Below, one piece after another: positions 19,714 through 29,440 of a DNA stretch of 52,214 bases (position 1 is its first letter; every line of letters starts with the position of its first letter). This DNA is from a virus (lineage: Duplodnaviria > Caudoviricetes), in IMG/VR virus record IMGVR_UViG_3300036820_000646, positions 1 to 52,214 of that record; one strand, written 5' to 3'. A model generated the notes under the pieces. It worked only from the letters and a program-made list of their open reading frames with translations, had not been told where the DNA came from and did no database searches. The position numbers were made by a program, and so were the translations under genes.

Positions 19714-19906
19714 TCGGAGGCGTAATCGAGAGCCCTAGGGCGATCGCGGCGGCAGTACGAGCATCACAAGGCAGATTGGGCAACTCATCGGAGTCGGCGC
19801 GGACACAGCCCGAAAGACAGACACCGTAGCCTCCATCCGCGTGTTGGGAGTAGATGCGCCGCAACGTCGTCCTGTCGAGGCGTTCAATCATCTCGTCAGC
19901 ATCCAA
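19691..19906 (-). CDS. Small hypothetical Cys/His protein
   Basis: H..CLSGC...LPCDA; same strand as neighbours. Confidence 0.4.
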   Translation of the reverse strand: MDADEMIERLDRTTLRRIYSQHADGGYGVCLSGCVRADSDELPNLPCDARTAAAIALGLSITPPSVSSRLR

Positions 19907-19927
19907 ATGTGGATCAGTGGATGAGCG

Positions 19928-20323
19928 CTAGACATCGAGTTCCGATGGCTTGGGTGCGTTTAGAGCCGGGCGTTCGACCTCGCTGGTGTCGATGTCGATC
20001 ACGTCACCCCGTAGAAGATCGGGGTTGGCGTCGAACATCGCTTGGATCTCTCGGCCCGCCTGCTTCAGCGCTTTGTGCGCCAACGAATTGAAATACCTGT
20101 CGTAGCGCGGCGCGAGGGCCGGATCGGCCTTGCACTCCTTGACCAGTGCCGAGCGGTACTGGCTTATCAGTTCGCTAATTTTGTCGAGGTTGGCGAGCGT
20201 ATCCACGACGTCCAAACCTGCCCCGTCCAACTCTGCACAGGCGTCGAGATTCTTCGTCATCGTGCGCAGCTTGCGGTGCACCGCCAACTTCCTCGTCTTG
20301 CTGAGTTTGGTTGCCTTGGCCAT
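19928..20323 (-). CDS. Hypothetical protein
   Basis: TAATG coupling to upstream ORF. Confidence 0.7.
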   Translation of the reverse strand: MAKATKLSKTRKLAVHRKLRTMTKNLDACAELDGAGLDVVDTLANLDKISELISQYRSALVKECKADPALAPRYDRYFNSLAHKALKQAGREIQAMFDANPDLLRGDVIDIDTSEVERPALNAPKPSELDV

Positions 20324-20571
20324 TAGTCCAGATCCAGCCAGCAGACGACTTTGGCACCGTTAAGAAAGCGCGCGCCGTACTCACGAGCAACTGAGACGGC
20401 TTCTCGTTTCGTGTCGACGCCGAAAGCGACGAGCTCTCCATTGAGGCGTCTCTCGCCTCCCATGAAGACGGCGGTGAAGGTCTTCTGACCCTCATCGAAA
20501 CGACGACGGTGGAAGTCGCTATGAACCAAACGGATTAGTTCCGCATCGCTAATAAGTGCTTTAACGCTCAT
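20323..20571 (-). CDS. Hypothetical protein
   Basis: ORF coupled to 19928-20323; motif TCGGGGCACGT 7 nt upstream of ATG 20571. Confidence 0.6.
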   Translation of the reverse strand: MSVKALISDAELIRLVHSDFHRRRFDEGQKTFTAVFMGGERRLNGELVAFGVDTKREAVSVAREYGARFLNGAKVVCWLDLD

Positions 20572-20800
20572 GCGCACGACGTGCCCCGAACGTCGAATTC
20601 CGGTCTCAGCAAGGGTTTCCGCGCAAGGTCAATTCACACATTCGTGAAAACTTTTGAGCCCCGTAACGGTCCTGATGAGAGCACCAGGAAATTGGCTGGT
20701 TGCGTGATTTCTAGTGGCTGCTCCACACCGTATCTAAGGAAGGAAGTGCGATATCGGGAGAGTCTCGAAGCACTCGCCTCCTTTGTAAAGGAGTACAGCA

Positions 20801-20962
20801 ATGAATGACAGCGAACACCGCAACAGCCTCGGGGAGGACTGCAATGGTTATTGCCCGGAGTTCAATGACAAGGCGAACACTCGCCGTCACTTGGAGTCCC
20901 GCCACGCGGGCTGCGGGTCGTGCGGAGGCACTCTCAAGTGCCTTTGTGAGGACCAGGACTAA
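20801..20962 (+). CDS. 53-aa Cys-rich small protein (not in ORF track)
   Basis: AAGGAG 7 nt before ATG; MNDSEHRNSLGEDCNGYCPEFNDKANTRRHLESRHAGCGSCGGTLKCLCEDQD. Confidence 0.5.
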   Translation: MNDSEHRNSLGEDCNGYCPEFNDKANTRRHLESRHAGCGSCGGTLKCLCEDQD

Positions 20963-20980
20963 CCAGTCCATCACGCCGGT

Positions 20981-21005
20981 GCCGGGGTGCGTGCTGCACC
21001 CCGGC
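20981..21005. terminator. GC-rich hairpin between convergent genes
   Basis: GCCGGGGTGC-GTGCT-GCACCCCGGC perfect 10-bp stem, no U-tract. Confidence 0.55.
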
Positions 21006-21022
21006 CGCTCGGCTGAAAAGTC

Positions 21023-24000
21023 TTACGACTTAACGGTTGCCACCGTGATGATGTACTCAGACCAGTGCTTCGTCGCCGCGTTGTAAGTCCCACCAACCGT
21101 CACGATCACGATCCGATGGGCGCCGCATTTCGCGAAGAGTGAGGCTGGCAGTGCCTTGTCAGTCGACATCTTCGACACCTTCGTGACCATGAGCTTTACG
21201 GCAGCTCCACTCTTCGTCTTCGCGGTGAGGACTCCTCCTTCACGCGCGTTGCGCACTATGCCGAGAACGCTCGCTGCGGAGCCAGAGTTTTTCTCCAAGG
21301 TCATCTCGGTCCCGCACACTAAAACTCGAGCATCCTTCGTGTCGATACTCAACTCTTCGCTACGCGACGGCGTCCCTGAGACATTCACCTGCACCGGCCC
21401 GACGACCACTGGTGGAACTGGAGGACTGACGGGCGGCACCGGCGGAGTCGGAGAAGTCGGAGGCGTGGGAGGAGGTGTAGATCCACCACCACCGCCGCCA
21501 CCACCGCCACTACTCGGTGCGGCAGTGAAGGTCACCGTCGTTGCCGCGCTGGTCGCCTCGAGGTAGTTGCTGTCGGCGGCTATTGCTGCCGTCACCACAC
21601 AGGTCCCACTGCCGCTGGCGCTGAGAGCACCTGACGCGATGACGCAATCCGTCGCCGTGCCGTCGGTGACGGTGAAGGTCACTGCACCGGTACCTGTGTA
21701 CTCGCCTGCCGTGAGTGTGAGGGATTGACCGGCTGTGCCAGAAGTCGACGTGACGTTGATTGACTGGCTCGCGAGCCCAAAGGTCACTGTTACAGGGGAA
21801 CTCGTGGCCGAGGTGTACGTCGCGTCCGCAGCGATCGACGCCGTTACAACGCACGTGCCAGCGCTCGATGACGTCAACGTGCCGGCACTTGCCGTGCAGC
21901 CTGTCGCTGTGCCGTCGACAGCGTTGTACGTAATTACTCCGCTACCCGTGTAGCCATCGGACGCGAGCACTAACGGCGTATTGAATGTGCCGGATGTCGT
22001 GGTTACCGTGATGGTCTGGGCCGCGAGCCCAAGAGCGACAAGCGTTGCCGAGCTTTGCGCGGCACTGTAATTCGCGTCCCCCGCGATGTGGGCGGTCACA
22101 TCACACGTACCCGCGCCTCCAGCAGTGAGCACCCCCGTGGTGATCGAACACCCGGTCGCCGTACCGTTCGTGACGGTGAAGGTGATTGCTCCAGCCCCGG
22201 CATAACCACCGGCCGTGAGAGTGAGACCAGTCTCGAACGACGTCCCGGAGGTCGATGTCACCGTGATTGACTGTGACGCCAGCGAGAGCGTGACCGTCGT
22301 CGCTGCACTCTGCGCGGCGTTGTAATTCGCGTCCGCCGCGATTTGAGCAGTGACGAGACACGTACCAGCGCTGCTGGCCGTGAGAACGCCTGAGGTGATC
22401 GAACACCCGGTCGCGGTTCCATTGGCCACCGCGTAGGTGATGGCCCCAGTGCCCGAGTAACCCGATGAAGTGAGGTGCAAACCAACGACCCACGAGGCGC
22501 CCGAGGTGGACGTGACGGTGACGATCTGTGCCGCTCGAGAAAGCGTGACCGTCGTCGCTGAGCTGCTAGCCGCGCTGTAATCCGCGTCAGCCGCGATGTG
22601 AGCAGTGACGACACAGGTACCCGCGCCGCTTGTCGTGAGAACCCCGGACGAAATTGAACATCCTGTGGCGGTCCCATTGGTCACCGTGTACGTGATGGCC
22701 CCAGCGCCTGAGTACCCCGATGAAGTGAGGGTGAGCGGCGTGTTGAATGTGCCCGAAGTCGAAGCGACATAGATCGATTGGCTCGCGAGCCCGAATGCCA
22801 CAGCGGTTGGCGCACTCGTCGCCGATGCATAATCCGAATCCGCCCCTATGGAAGCGACCACGTCGCACGTACCAGTGCTCGTAGCGCTCAGGACTCCCGA
22901 TGTGACTGAACAGCCGGTCGCGGTCCCGTAATCATCTGCGATCGCAAAGGTGATAGCACCCGAGCCGCTGTAGCCGCCCGCTGTCAGCGTCAATGGATGG
23001 TTGACCGTGCCCGACGTTGATGTCACCGTGATCAACTGTGAAGCCAGCGCGAGCGTCACGGTCGTCGCCGCACTCTGCGCGGCGCTGTAGTTCGCCGAGG
23101 CCGCGATGTGAGCAGTGACGAGACACGTGCCCGCGTCCGTTGAAGAGAGAATGCCGGAGGCGATCGAACACCCGGTCGCAGTTCCGCTGGTCACCGTGTA
23201 AGTGATGGACCCGGAGCCCGAGTAACCCGATGAAGCGAGAGTTAGCGGCGTGTTGAATGTTCCCGAAGTAGAAGCGACAGTGATCGATTGGCTCGCCGGT
23301 CCGAGGGTCACAGTCGTTGGTGAACTCGAAGCGGCTGCGTATTCGGAGTCAGCCGCAATCTGAGCAGTGACGAGACACGTACCCGCGTCCGTTGAAGTGA
23401 GAGTGCCGGAGGCGATCGAACACCCGGTCGCGGTCCCGCTGGTCACCGTGTAGGTAATGGCTCCGCTTCCTGAGTAACCCGATGAAGTGAGAGTGAGCGG
23501 TGTGTTGAATGTGCCCGATGTGGACGAGACATTGATCGATTGGCTCGCGAGTCCTATGGTCACTGCGGTTGGCGAACTCGTGGCGGCTGCGTATTGGGTG
23601 TCCGCTGCTATGGACGCGGTCACGTCGCACGTCCCGGTGCTCGTAGCAGTCAAGACTCCCGATGTGACTGAACAGCCGGTCGCGGTCCCGTAATCATCTG
23701 CGATCGCAAAGGTGATAGCACCCGATCCGCTGTAGCCGCCCGCTGTCAATGACAGTGGCTGGTTTACCGTGCCCGTAGTGGACGTGACGTTGATCGATTG
23801 TGTGGCGAGAGCCTCCGTAAAGATCTCGGCCTGCGTTCCGCCGTACGGGACGACGACAACCGTGCTGCCGTTCGTGGCCACTCCATTGCCCAGGTTGAAG
23901 CTGCCCGTGCCGTACGATCCTTCGGTCCAGTTGGTGCCATTCGTAGACGTGTAGTAATCGCCCTCGTCGTCGAACGAGATGAATCCACCGTCAGCAGCGA

Positions 24001-24811
24001 CCACTCCACCGCCGTCGTAAGAACCGGGAAACGTACTCGCGACCCACGTCGTGCCATTTGACGAATAGTCGTAGGTTGAGTCATTCCAGTTCACCGTAAC
24101 GAATTCGCCGTTTGCGTAGGCGACTTGGTTCCAGGCGTCGTTACTCTCCAAGGTCGTTGGGGTCCAGGTGATGCCGTTGGTTGAGACGACGCCAGAGGCA
24201 GTGTTCTGCGCTACTCCTACGAACTCACCGTCGGCGTATGTAACTGAGGCCACACCGGCAACTGGAATAGTTGTTTGAGTCCAATTGATGCCATTTGTCG
24301 AGTACCAGGCAACACCTGTCCCACCGTCGTTCCCCAGCGCGACGAAAACGCCATCGCCATACGCGATGGTAGTGAAGGAGCTCGCACCCACTCCAAGGTT
24401 GGTTGACGACCAGGTGATGCCGTTGGTTGAGTAGTCGAAGATACTGCCGGACTGCGAGAGCGCAACAAATTCACCGTCCCCATAAGTGACCGAGTTCCAA
24501 ACGGTGTCCGTGGTCATGGTGCTTGAAGACCACGTCGCGCCACCGTTCGTAGAATAAGCGGCGACAGTGGACCCATCTGGGCTAGACGACACTCCCAAGT
24601 TGACCGCGACGTACGTGCCGCTTCCGTAGGCGACGTCAGTCCAGATATCGTTACCCGGCAGCGCTGATGAAGTGCTCCACGTGCCATTCGGCGTGACTGC
24701 CGATGCGGGCGCAGCGGCAAGAGCCGTGAAGGCTCCGAGGAGCAACGCAACTCCAAGGACCGATTTCGTGATTGAACTCAAAATGCGTCGTGAATCCGTG
24801 CGGTTTGTCAT
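21023..24811 (-). CDS. Large secreted adhesin-like protein: beta-propeller (SxNGxTW repeats) plus nine Ig-like repeats and Gly/Pro linker
   Basis: Signal peptide; repeated VAYG.G.FVA and STNGITW; nine ~85-aa Thr/Ser-rich repeats, each with two Cys. Confidence 0.85.
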   Translation of the reverse strand: MTNRTDSRRILSSITKSVLGVALLLGAFTALAAAPASAVTPNGTWSTSSALPGNDIWTDVAYGSGTYVAVNLGVSSSPDGSTVAAYSTNGGATWSSSTMTTDTVWNSVTYGDGEFVALSQSGSIFDYSTNGITWSSTNLGVGASSFTTIAYGDGVFVALGNDGGTGVAWYSTNGINWTQTTIPVAGVASVTYADGEFVGVAQNTASGVVSTNGITWTPTTLESNDAWNQVAYANGEFVTVNWNDSTYDYSSNGTTWVASTFPGSYDGGGVVAADGGFISFDDEGDYYTSTNGTNWTEGSYGTGSFNLGNGVATNGSTVVVVPYGGTQAEIFTEALATQSINVTSTTGTVNQPLSLTAGGYSGSGAITFAIADDYGTATGCSVTSGVLTATSTGTCDVTASIAADTQYAAATSSPTAVTIGLASQSINVSSTSGTFNTPLTLTSSGYSGSGAITYTVTSGTATGCSIASGTLTSTDAGTCLVTAQIAADSEYAAASSSPTTVTLGPASQSITVASTSGTFNTPLTLASSGYSGSGSITYTVTSGTATGCSIASGILSSTDAGTCLVTAHIAASANYSAAQSAATTVTLALASQLITVTSTSGTVNHPLTLTAGGYSGSGAITFAIADDYGTATGCSVTSGVLSATSTGTCDVVASIGADSDYASATSAPTAVAFGLASQSIYVASTSGTFNTPLTLTSSGYSGAGAITYTVTNGTATGCSISSGVLTTSGAGTCVVTAHIAADADYSAASSSATTVTLSRAAQIVTVTSTSGASWVVGLHLTSSGYSGTGAITYAVANGTATGCSITSGVLTASSAGTCLVTAQIAADANYNAAQSAATTVTLSLASQSITVTSTSGTSFETGLTLTAGGYAGAGAITFTVTNGTATGCSITTGVLTAGGAGTCDVTAHIAGDANYSAAQSSATLVALGLAAQTITVTTTSGTFNTPLVLASDGYTGSGVITYNAVDGTATGCTASAGTLTSSSAGTCVVTASIAADATYTSATSSPVTVTFGLASQSINVTSTSGTAGQSLTLTAGEYTGTGAVTFTVTDGTATDCVIASGALSASGSGTCVVTAAIAADSNYLEATSAATTVTFTAAPSSGGGGGGGGGSTPPPTPPTSPTPPVPPVSPPVPPVVVGPVQVNVSGTPSRSEELSIDTKDARVLVCGTEMTLEKNSGSAASVLGIVRNAREGGVLTAKTKSGAAVKLMVTKVSKMSTDKALPASLFAKCGAHRIVIVTVGGTYNAATKHWSEYIITVATVKS
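21520..23810 (-). repeat. Nine tandem ~255-bp intragenic repeats (approximate boundaries)
   Basis: Units begin A[ST/A]Q.I.V.ST.G and contain GY.G.G.I..., TATGC, GTC. Confidence 0.9.
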
Positions 24812-24867
24812 ACCAGTCCTTCGATTAGTGAATACGGCGCGGCCGATATAGAGCAGCGCTGCAATGA

Positions 24868-24879
24868 ACCATGCGGCGA
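24868..24879 (-). promoter_or_regulatory. TCGCCGCATGGT motif upstream of adhesin gene
   Basis: Identical 12-mer at 38901, 39486 and 47882; one mismatch at 17250. Confidence 0.6.
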
Positions 24880-24910
24880 ATCGGCGAATCTGCGGAAAAC
24901 CTTCTATCTC

Positions 24911-25468
24911 TTAGAGAAGTCGGCCAGCACCTGCATCAATTTCGTCGCCGACGAAAACCACCTGAAAGCCATCAGAGCCTTCTTGGCGTTGGAAGCACAC
25001 AGTGTGTGTCTCGCTCGGGACTTGCCCGGTGAAGCCGAACTGTAGAGGGCCAATCTCTCCGAATCGCATCCAGTCGGTCCCATCTTCGGTCGACTCGATG
25101 GCGATGAGATGGAACGGCAGAGGCAAGCCGATGTCGTTCCACGGTTCGTAGTCAGATGCGACTCGGTACATTGGATCGAAGTCTTCGATCAACGTGTCGT
25201 CGCCGTCGATGTACGGCGAGATGTTGCTCCGTGAGTCAGAGATCGCCTTAGCGATGTAGAAATCGAAGACGGCATCCGCACAATCGCCTAGCGCCCTTCC
25301 TAGCCTTCTCACCTTGTGCGGAATCGACGTATTGCGTGCGACGCGCTCATCATCCCAGGCCGTGAGGTACAGATACTTGGCGGCCGTGAATGCGTCGTCG
25401 AGAAGCGCAATGTCGCGCTCGCTGGGGAACGCGACGAATGGATCACTGGCGTCACTGAAACTGGTCAT
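24911..25468 (-). CDS. Hypothetical acidic protein
   Basis: ORF in backbone orientation with AGGA before ATG. Confidence 0.65.
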   Translation of the reverse strand: MTSFSDASDPFVAFPSERDIALLDDAFTAAKYLYLTAWDDERVARNTSIPHKVRRLGRALGDCADAVFDFYIAKAISDSRSNISPYIDGDDTLIEDFDPMYRVASDYEPWNDIGLPLPFHLIAIESTEDGTDWMRFGEIGPLQFGFTGQVPSETHTVCFQRQEGSDGFQVVFVGDEIDAGAGRLL

Positions 25469-25531
25469 GGTTCCTACGGAGTACCCCGAGTGGAGAAAAC
25501 CTGTCTCACGAAGTTGCGTCCCTTTCGGAAC

Positions 25532-26104
25532 TCAGTCGCTGCGTTTTCCATTCGATCGTTTGGAGATGGTGTTCTCCCAGCGGTCGCGAACTGCGACGTC
25601 GAGGTCAATCCCAAGACAGGACGAAAGGGCGTAGAGCGCAATCAAAGCGTCATCGAGCTTGTCCGAGACTGCGTCCCATTCGCTGGGATGCGAGAAACTC
25701 ATGGTCAGCGCGTACCCAATCTCCCCGAGCGCACGACTGGCTTGTAGGACCTGTGTCGCCACATCGATGCGACCGGTGACTGAGTGACGAACGTCGCGTA
25801 TAGGTCTCATCTGGACGTAGTTATGCGTATCGATACGGAATCCAACGCGCGACGCGAAGATGTGGAGGGTGATATAGAGATCCCCCAGTTCCTTCGGGAT
25901 CTCGGCATTCCAATCAGTGTCAGGTCGAACGCCCGACTGAGCCTTCGCGATCGCACGCGCGACCTCTCCGAGCTCCTCGACGCAATACGTCGACTGCTCG
26001 AAGACTTGGAGTCGCCACTCGGGCGTTCCGCACTCGGCGGTCGGTCCAATGCAGTCAACTGTCCAGGCGGCAATCTGATCCTGGAGCGTCTGAGTCGTTT
26101 CCAT
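25532..26104 (-). CDS. MazG-like nucleotide pyrophosphohydrolase (duplicated, second half degenerate)
   Basis: VEELGEVARAI...KELGDL; second unit RALGEI...KLDDAL...GIDLDVAV. Confidence 0.8.
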   Translation of the reverse strand: METTQTLQDQIAAWTVDCIGPTAECGTPEWRLQVFEQSTYCVEELGEVARAIAKAQSGVRPDTDWNAEIPKELGDLYITLHIFASRVGFRIDTHNYVQMRPIRDVRHSVTGRIDVATQVLQASRALGEIGYALTMSFSHPSEWDAVSDKLDDALIALYALSSCLGIDLDVAVRDRWENTISKRSNGKRSD

Positions 26105-26167
26105 ACCCCTCTATGTGACGAGGTCGGAAATAGCGAACGCTGCCCTGATTCAAACGTCTAACGGGCA

Positions 26168-26626
26168 TTAAACCCGTCGATTGAGCACCATCGCGTAGTA
26201 GCCGCGTCCCCCATTAACGAATCGCCCGGCAGCTACGAAGCCGCTCGAGTGGTGCAGCGCGAACGCAGCACTGTTCTCCATCTCACACGCGAGGACTGGC
26301 ACTCCTCCTTCTGCACGAATCGCGCTGATCGCTGCGCCAACCAGTGCTCCGCCGACGCCACGGCGTCGATAGTCGCTTGCGACGAAGATTCTCCCAAGAG
26401 AGACCGCGTCACTCAGATCGCTAAGCGCGTCCTTGATCGGTGACCACAACTTCCCCCAGCCGACGTGCCCAACGGCCAGGTGTTGATTGTCGATCGCCAA
26501 GAGACGCTGCTCGTAGGCTCGCTCCTCTTTCAATATCGACTCGATCTCCGGGTGCAATGTCATTCGACCGATACAGTCACTGGCGTCGACGATGTCGTGC
26601 GTCCAATACTTCACGGCCGTGGTCAT
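26168..26626 (-). CDS. GNAT family acetyltransferase
   Basis: RIFVASDYRRRGVGGALV, ENSAAFALHHSSGF. Confidence 0.85.
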   Translation of the reverse strand: MTTAVKYWTHDIVDASDCIGRMTLHPEIESILKEERAYEQRLLAIDNQHLAVGHVGWGKLWSPIKDALSDLSDAVSLGRIFVASDYRRRGVGGALVGAAISAIRAEGGVPVLACEMENSAAFALHHSSGFVAAGRFVNGGRGYYAMVLNRRV

Positions 26627-29406
26627 CTCCCGGCCTCTCGGGCCAGCGTGTCCTCGGCCAAGATCTCGCCCCGACCACTGATGAGTTCGAGCGTGCGCAA
26701 CTTAGACAGTGCGTTGCCAAATGAGCTGCTCGTTTCGGAGTACCCACTCAACTTCGCGACTTCCTCGCGTGACAGCGACGCGGGCCACGCTTCGATCGCT
26801 ACGCCAAGAATGATGCGCTCGGCCTTGCCCAGCTTGGAATTCCAATGATCGAGCAATGCTCGCCCCGTCGGGAGTGGCTCGTATTGACCAGCGATAGCGT
26901 CAATCCCTTCGTTCGTCGCGCGAATCGGCTCGCCGCTCTTGTTGATGTATCCGAGCGTGCGAAGCCTCGAGAGCGCATTACCGAATGATGAGGACTTCGC
27001 TGAGTAGCCACTGAGGGTCGCCACCTGAGAACGGGTTCGGCCATCGGCGAACTGAGCGAGTACCGAGAGAATCGATCGCTCGGCTTTGCCCATCTGCGTG
27101 GGGAGATCGTTGTTCGACTTCCCCGCCCGCTCAGTCGTCGCAATCGACGGCGTCGGGGCCGAGATCACGGCGCGCTTAGGAGCCTTCGAGGACTTCGATT
27201 CGCCGTCAAGACGAGCATCCAGCACGTGTGAACCTACGACGCGCTTCACGTGACCGCTCAACAGCACGCTTGCCCCTTCGAGACCCTTCTGCACTTCGGC
27301 GAGTAGATCGTCGAGAAGACCCTCGGGAATGAAAGGAACCGGTACTTCGATTCGTTCAGTCACGATCTGTGGCTCTGACAGCACCGCAGGCTTGGCGGCC
27401 AGTTGCTTCTCGAGCTCAACGATGCGCCTCTGCAACGCCTTGGGGTCATTCGCCTCGGCTCGTTGGATGGCTTCTGCCATCTGGTCCTTGACGGCGCTGA
27501 GGTCCACTGCCGCGAACTTGCTTGGTTCGACCCTCTTCTGTCCAGGCTTCGGCGTTGCCGATGAGTTGAACGTGTGTCGCTCGCGGATCTGCACTCGATC
27601 AAAGAGTGGCGGCTCTCCACCGGGCTCCCAAATCCACGCTTCCCCGAGCCCAAGACTAGAGAGCGAGCCCATCATCGCCCTGCGCTGCTCGTCATCCGCG
27701 TCGGACTTCAAGTAATCCTCTATCGCACGCCGGTCATTAGGGCCGACCACTCGAAGCGCGATGAGGACGTCTATCTGTTCGAGCACGTTCTTGTTGACGA
27801 CGGCGGCACGCTGTGAGATGAGGGTCGTTCCGAGTCCACGGATGCCGCCGCGACGAACGATGGCCTCGAATGCTCCGAGCAGGCGTTGATCCGTCTCACG
27901 GGCCTCGCCCCGACCTCCGCCCACTCGTTGCGGACAGTTACCCGTGACGAAGACGCGACCGTTACGTCTTGCCACGAACGCGCCAGAGGGAAGCGTAATG
28001 TCCCAAACGAGACCTTTGTAGGTAGCCCGATATGGACGACGTACCCAATGCGCCGACGAAGTGCGACGACACACGTTCACCGTCCACTGTCCGTTCGACT
28101 TCTCAAAGCGCTTCGTGGTACTGATGCCGAGTCTGGTAGCGAGTTCCTGAAACTCATCTGCAAGTTGTTCGTTCTTACCTGGGTAAAAGCGAACCCACAC
28201 GCCCCTGTCAGAAGTTCCGTCGCCTTCCATGAGTCCCTGGTAAAGCGAGGAGAGTTGCTCCGGCGATCCCTCTTCGAGAATTCGTCTCGGTATTCGATGA
28301 AGATCCTCGCCGAGCCAGTCACCGATCGCGTCTGATAATTCGTGGCCGAAGTACCACGAATATGACTCCGCTCCCGTGATGGTCCCTTCGCCGCCGCCGG
28401 GCTTCGGACCGACCCGAGATGGTCGGAGATAGCGTCGAGAATCAGTAAATTGATCGAGTGCAGTCGACATCTCTTCGGTCATCGAAACTCCGCGCTTGAC
28501 CGTCGCAGTGGACTGCTGGAGCGCCAACACTTTCGACTTACGTCGGTCGTGCCAATGGCCGTCTGTGATGACCCAACCCATGATGCGCAAAACCTCATTA
28601 GAGAGGTCGGGAACCCCAATTCCGGGAGGTGCGCCACCCGCCGGGACCTCGATGGACGTCGGAACTTCTCCCGCGGGACAGAAAGACCAGTCGTATTTCT
28701 TGTAACGGCCGGCCGCCCTCTGCTGGCGGCGCAACACCACTCGGTGATCTGGTGTAACTAGGCAGTCGAGACTCTTCGTTTTGAGACCAATCATCTCGCC
28801 ATCGTGGTAACGGTGTAGGACGGCCCGGACGGGCTCATATCTATATTCCTCTGTCGCCATATCGAACCCAACAGCCACCGTTCCCTCGTGGACTTGGTCC
28901 CATGTCGCCCACCCATGATCGGTGAGGATTTCTGTGTCGGCGGTCATGCAGAACCGGTCGGCCTCGTCGACGAAGAGGTGCATCGGGAAATCCATGTTGG
29001 GTTGGGCCTTACGGCGAAACAATCGCTCGGCGAAGTCGGTAGCGAATTGGCGCTCGCCTGCTCCCGACTCGAAGAGCGAGAAGTCAATGACGTACCAACC
29101 CGGATAATCGAGAACAAGGTCAGCAATGAACTTGCCAGCTCCACGCTCTAACGGTAGGTCACCGTGTTGTCCGCCCAGAATGACGACGGGCAGTCCAGGT
29201 TTTTTGCCGTCGGCACTCGACCGCAGGCCCCACCAAGAACCTGTCGGGTCGAGAGCAACGAACGGGATCTTTGCCGCGACCATCTCCTCAGCGATGACCG
29301 AAGCTGAATATGTCTTCCCCTTTCTGCGTTGGGCGAGGATCGCCGCGGTCTTCGTGACGTAGTCATCCGTTAACGAAAGAGACTTGGAGATTTTTAGGTT
29401 CGTCAT
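26623..29406 (-). CDS. HerA/FtsK-like ATPase with intein and tandem C-terminal winged-HTH repeats
   Basis: LAQRRKGKTY, ALDPTG, LFVDEADRF, RRGGIRG, ISQR; two SSSFGNALS.LRTL repeats. Confidence 0.8.
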   Translation of the reverse strand: MTNLKISKSLSLTDDYVTKTAAILAQRRKGKTYSASVIAEEMVAAKIPFVALDPTGSWWGLRSSADGKKPGLPVVILGGQHGDLPLERGAGKFIADLVLDYPGWYVIDFSLFESGAGERQFATDFAERLFRRKAQPNMDFPMHLFVDEADRFCMTADTEILTDHGWATWDQVHEGTVAVGFDMATEEYRYEPVRAVLHRYHDGEMIGLKTKSLDCLVTPDHRVVLRRQQRAAGRYKKYDWSFCPAGEVPTSIEVPAGGAPPGIGVPDLSNEVLRIMGWVITDGHWHDRRKSKVLALQQSTATVKRGVSMTEEMSTALDQFTDSRRYLRPSRVGPKPGGGEGTITGAESYSWYFGHELSDAIGDWLGEDLHRIPRRILEEGSPEQLSSLYQGLMEGDGTSDRGVWVRFYPGKNEQLADEFQELATRLGISTTKRFEKSNGQWTVNVCRRTSSAHWVRRPYRATYKGLVWDITLPSGAFVARRNGRVFVTGNCPQRVGGGRGEARETDQRLLGAFEAIVRRGGIRGLGTTLISQRAAVVNKNVLEQIDVLIALRVVGPNDRRAIEDYLKSDADDEQRRAMMGSLSSLGLGEAWIWEPGGEPPLFDRVQIRERHTFNSSATPKPGQKRVEPSKFAAVDLSAVKDQMAEAIQRAEANDPKALQRRIVELEKQLAAKPAVLSEPQIVTERIEVPVPFIPEGLLDDLLAEVQKGLEGASVLLSGHVKRVVGSHVLDARLDGESKSSKAPKRAVISAPTPSIATTERAGKSNNDLPTQMGKAERSILSVLAQFADGRTRSQVATLSGYSAKSSSFGNALSRLRTLGYINKSGEPIRATNEGIDAIAGQYEPLPTGRALLDHWNSKLGKAERIILGVAIEAWPASLSREEVAKLSGYSETSSSFGNALSKLRTLELISGRGEILAEDTLAREAGR
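27937..28950 (-). mobile_element. Intein (338 aa) with LAGLIDADG homing endonuclease in HerA-like ATPase
   Basis: Starts CMTADTEILT, TPDH block B, GWVITDG and GLMEGDG motifs, ends VFVTGN followed by C(+1). Confidence 0.92.
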
Positions 29407-29440
29407 CCGTTGCCGGCGCCTTCGTGGAGTTCGCTCATCA

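Noticed and set aside
20670-20700. CTGATGAG...GAAA as a hammerhead ribozyme; GCCCCGTAACGGT as a cobalamin riboswitch
   Set aside because: No stem II closing before GAAA, and the other conserved riboswitch elements are absent.
26623-29406. VirD4 coupling protein
   Set aside because: No N-terminal TM, and it has C-terminal wHTH repeats; better fits soluble HerA-like ATPases.
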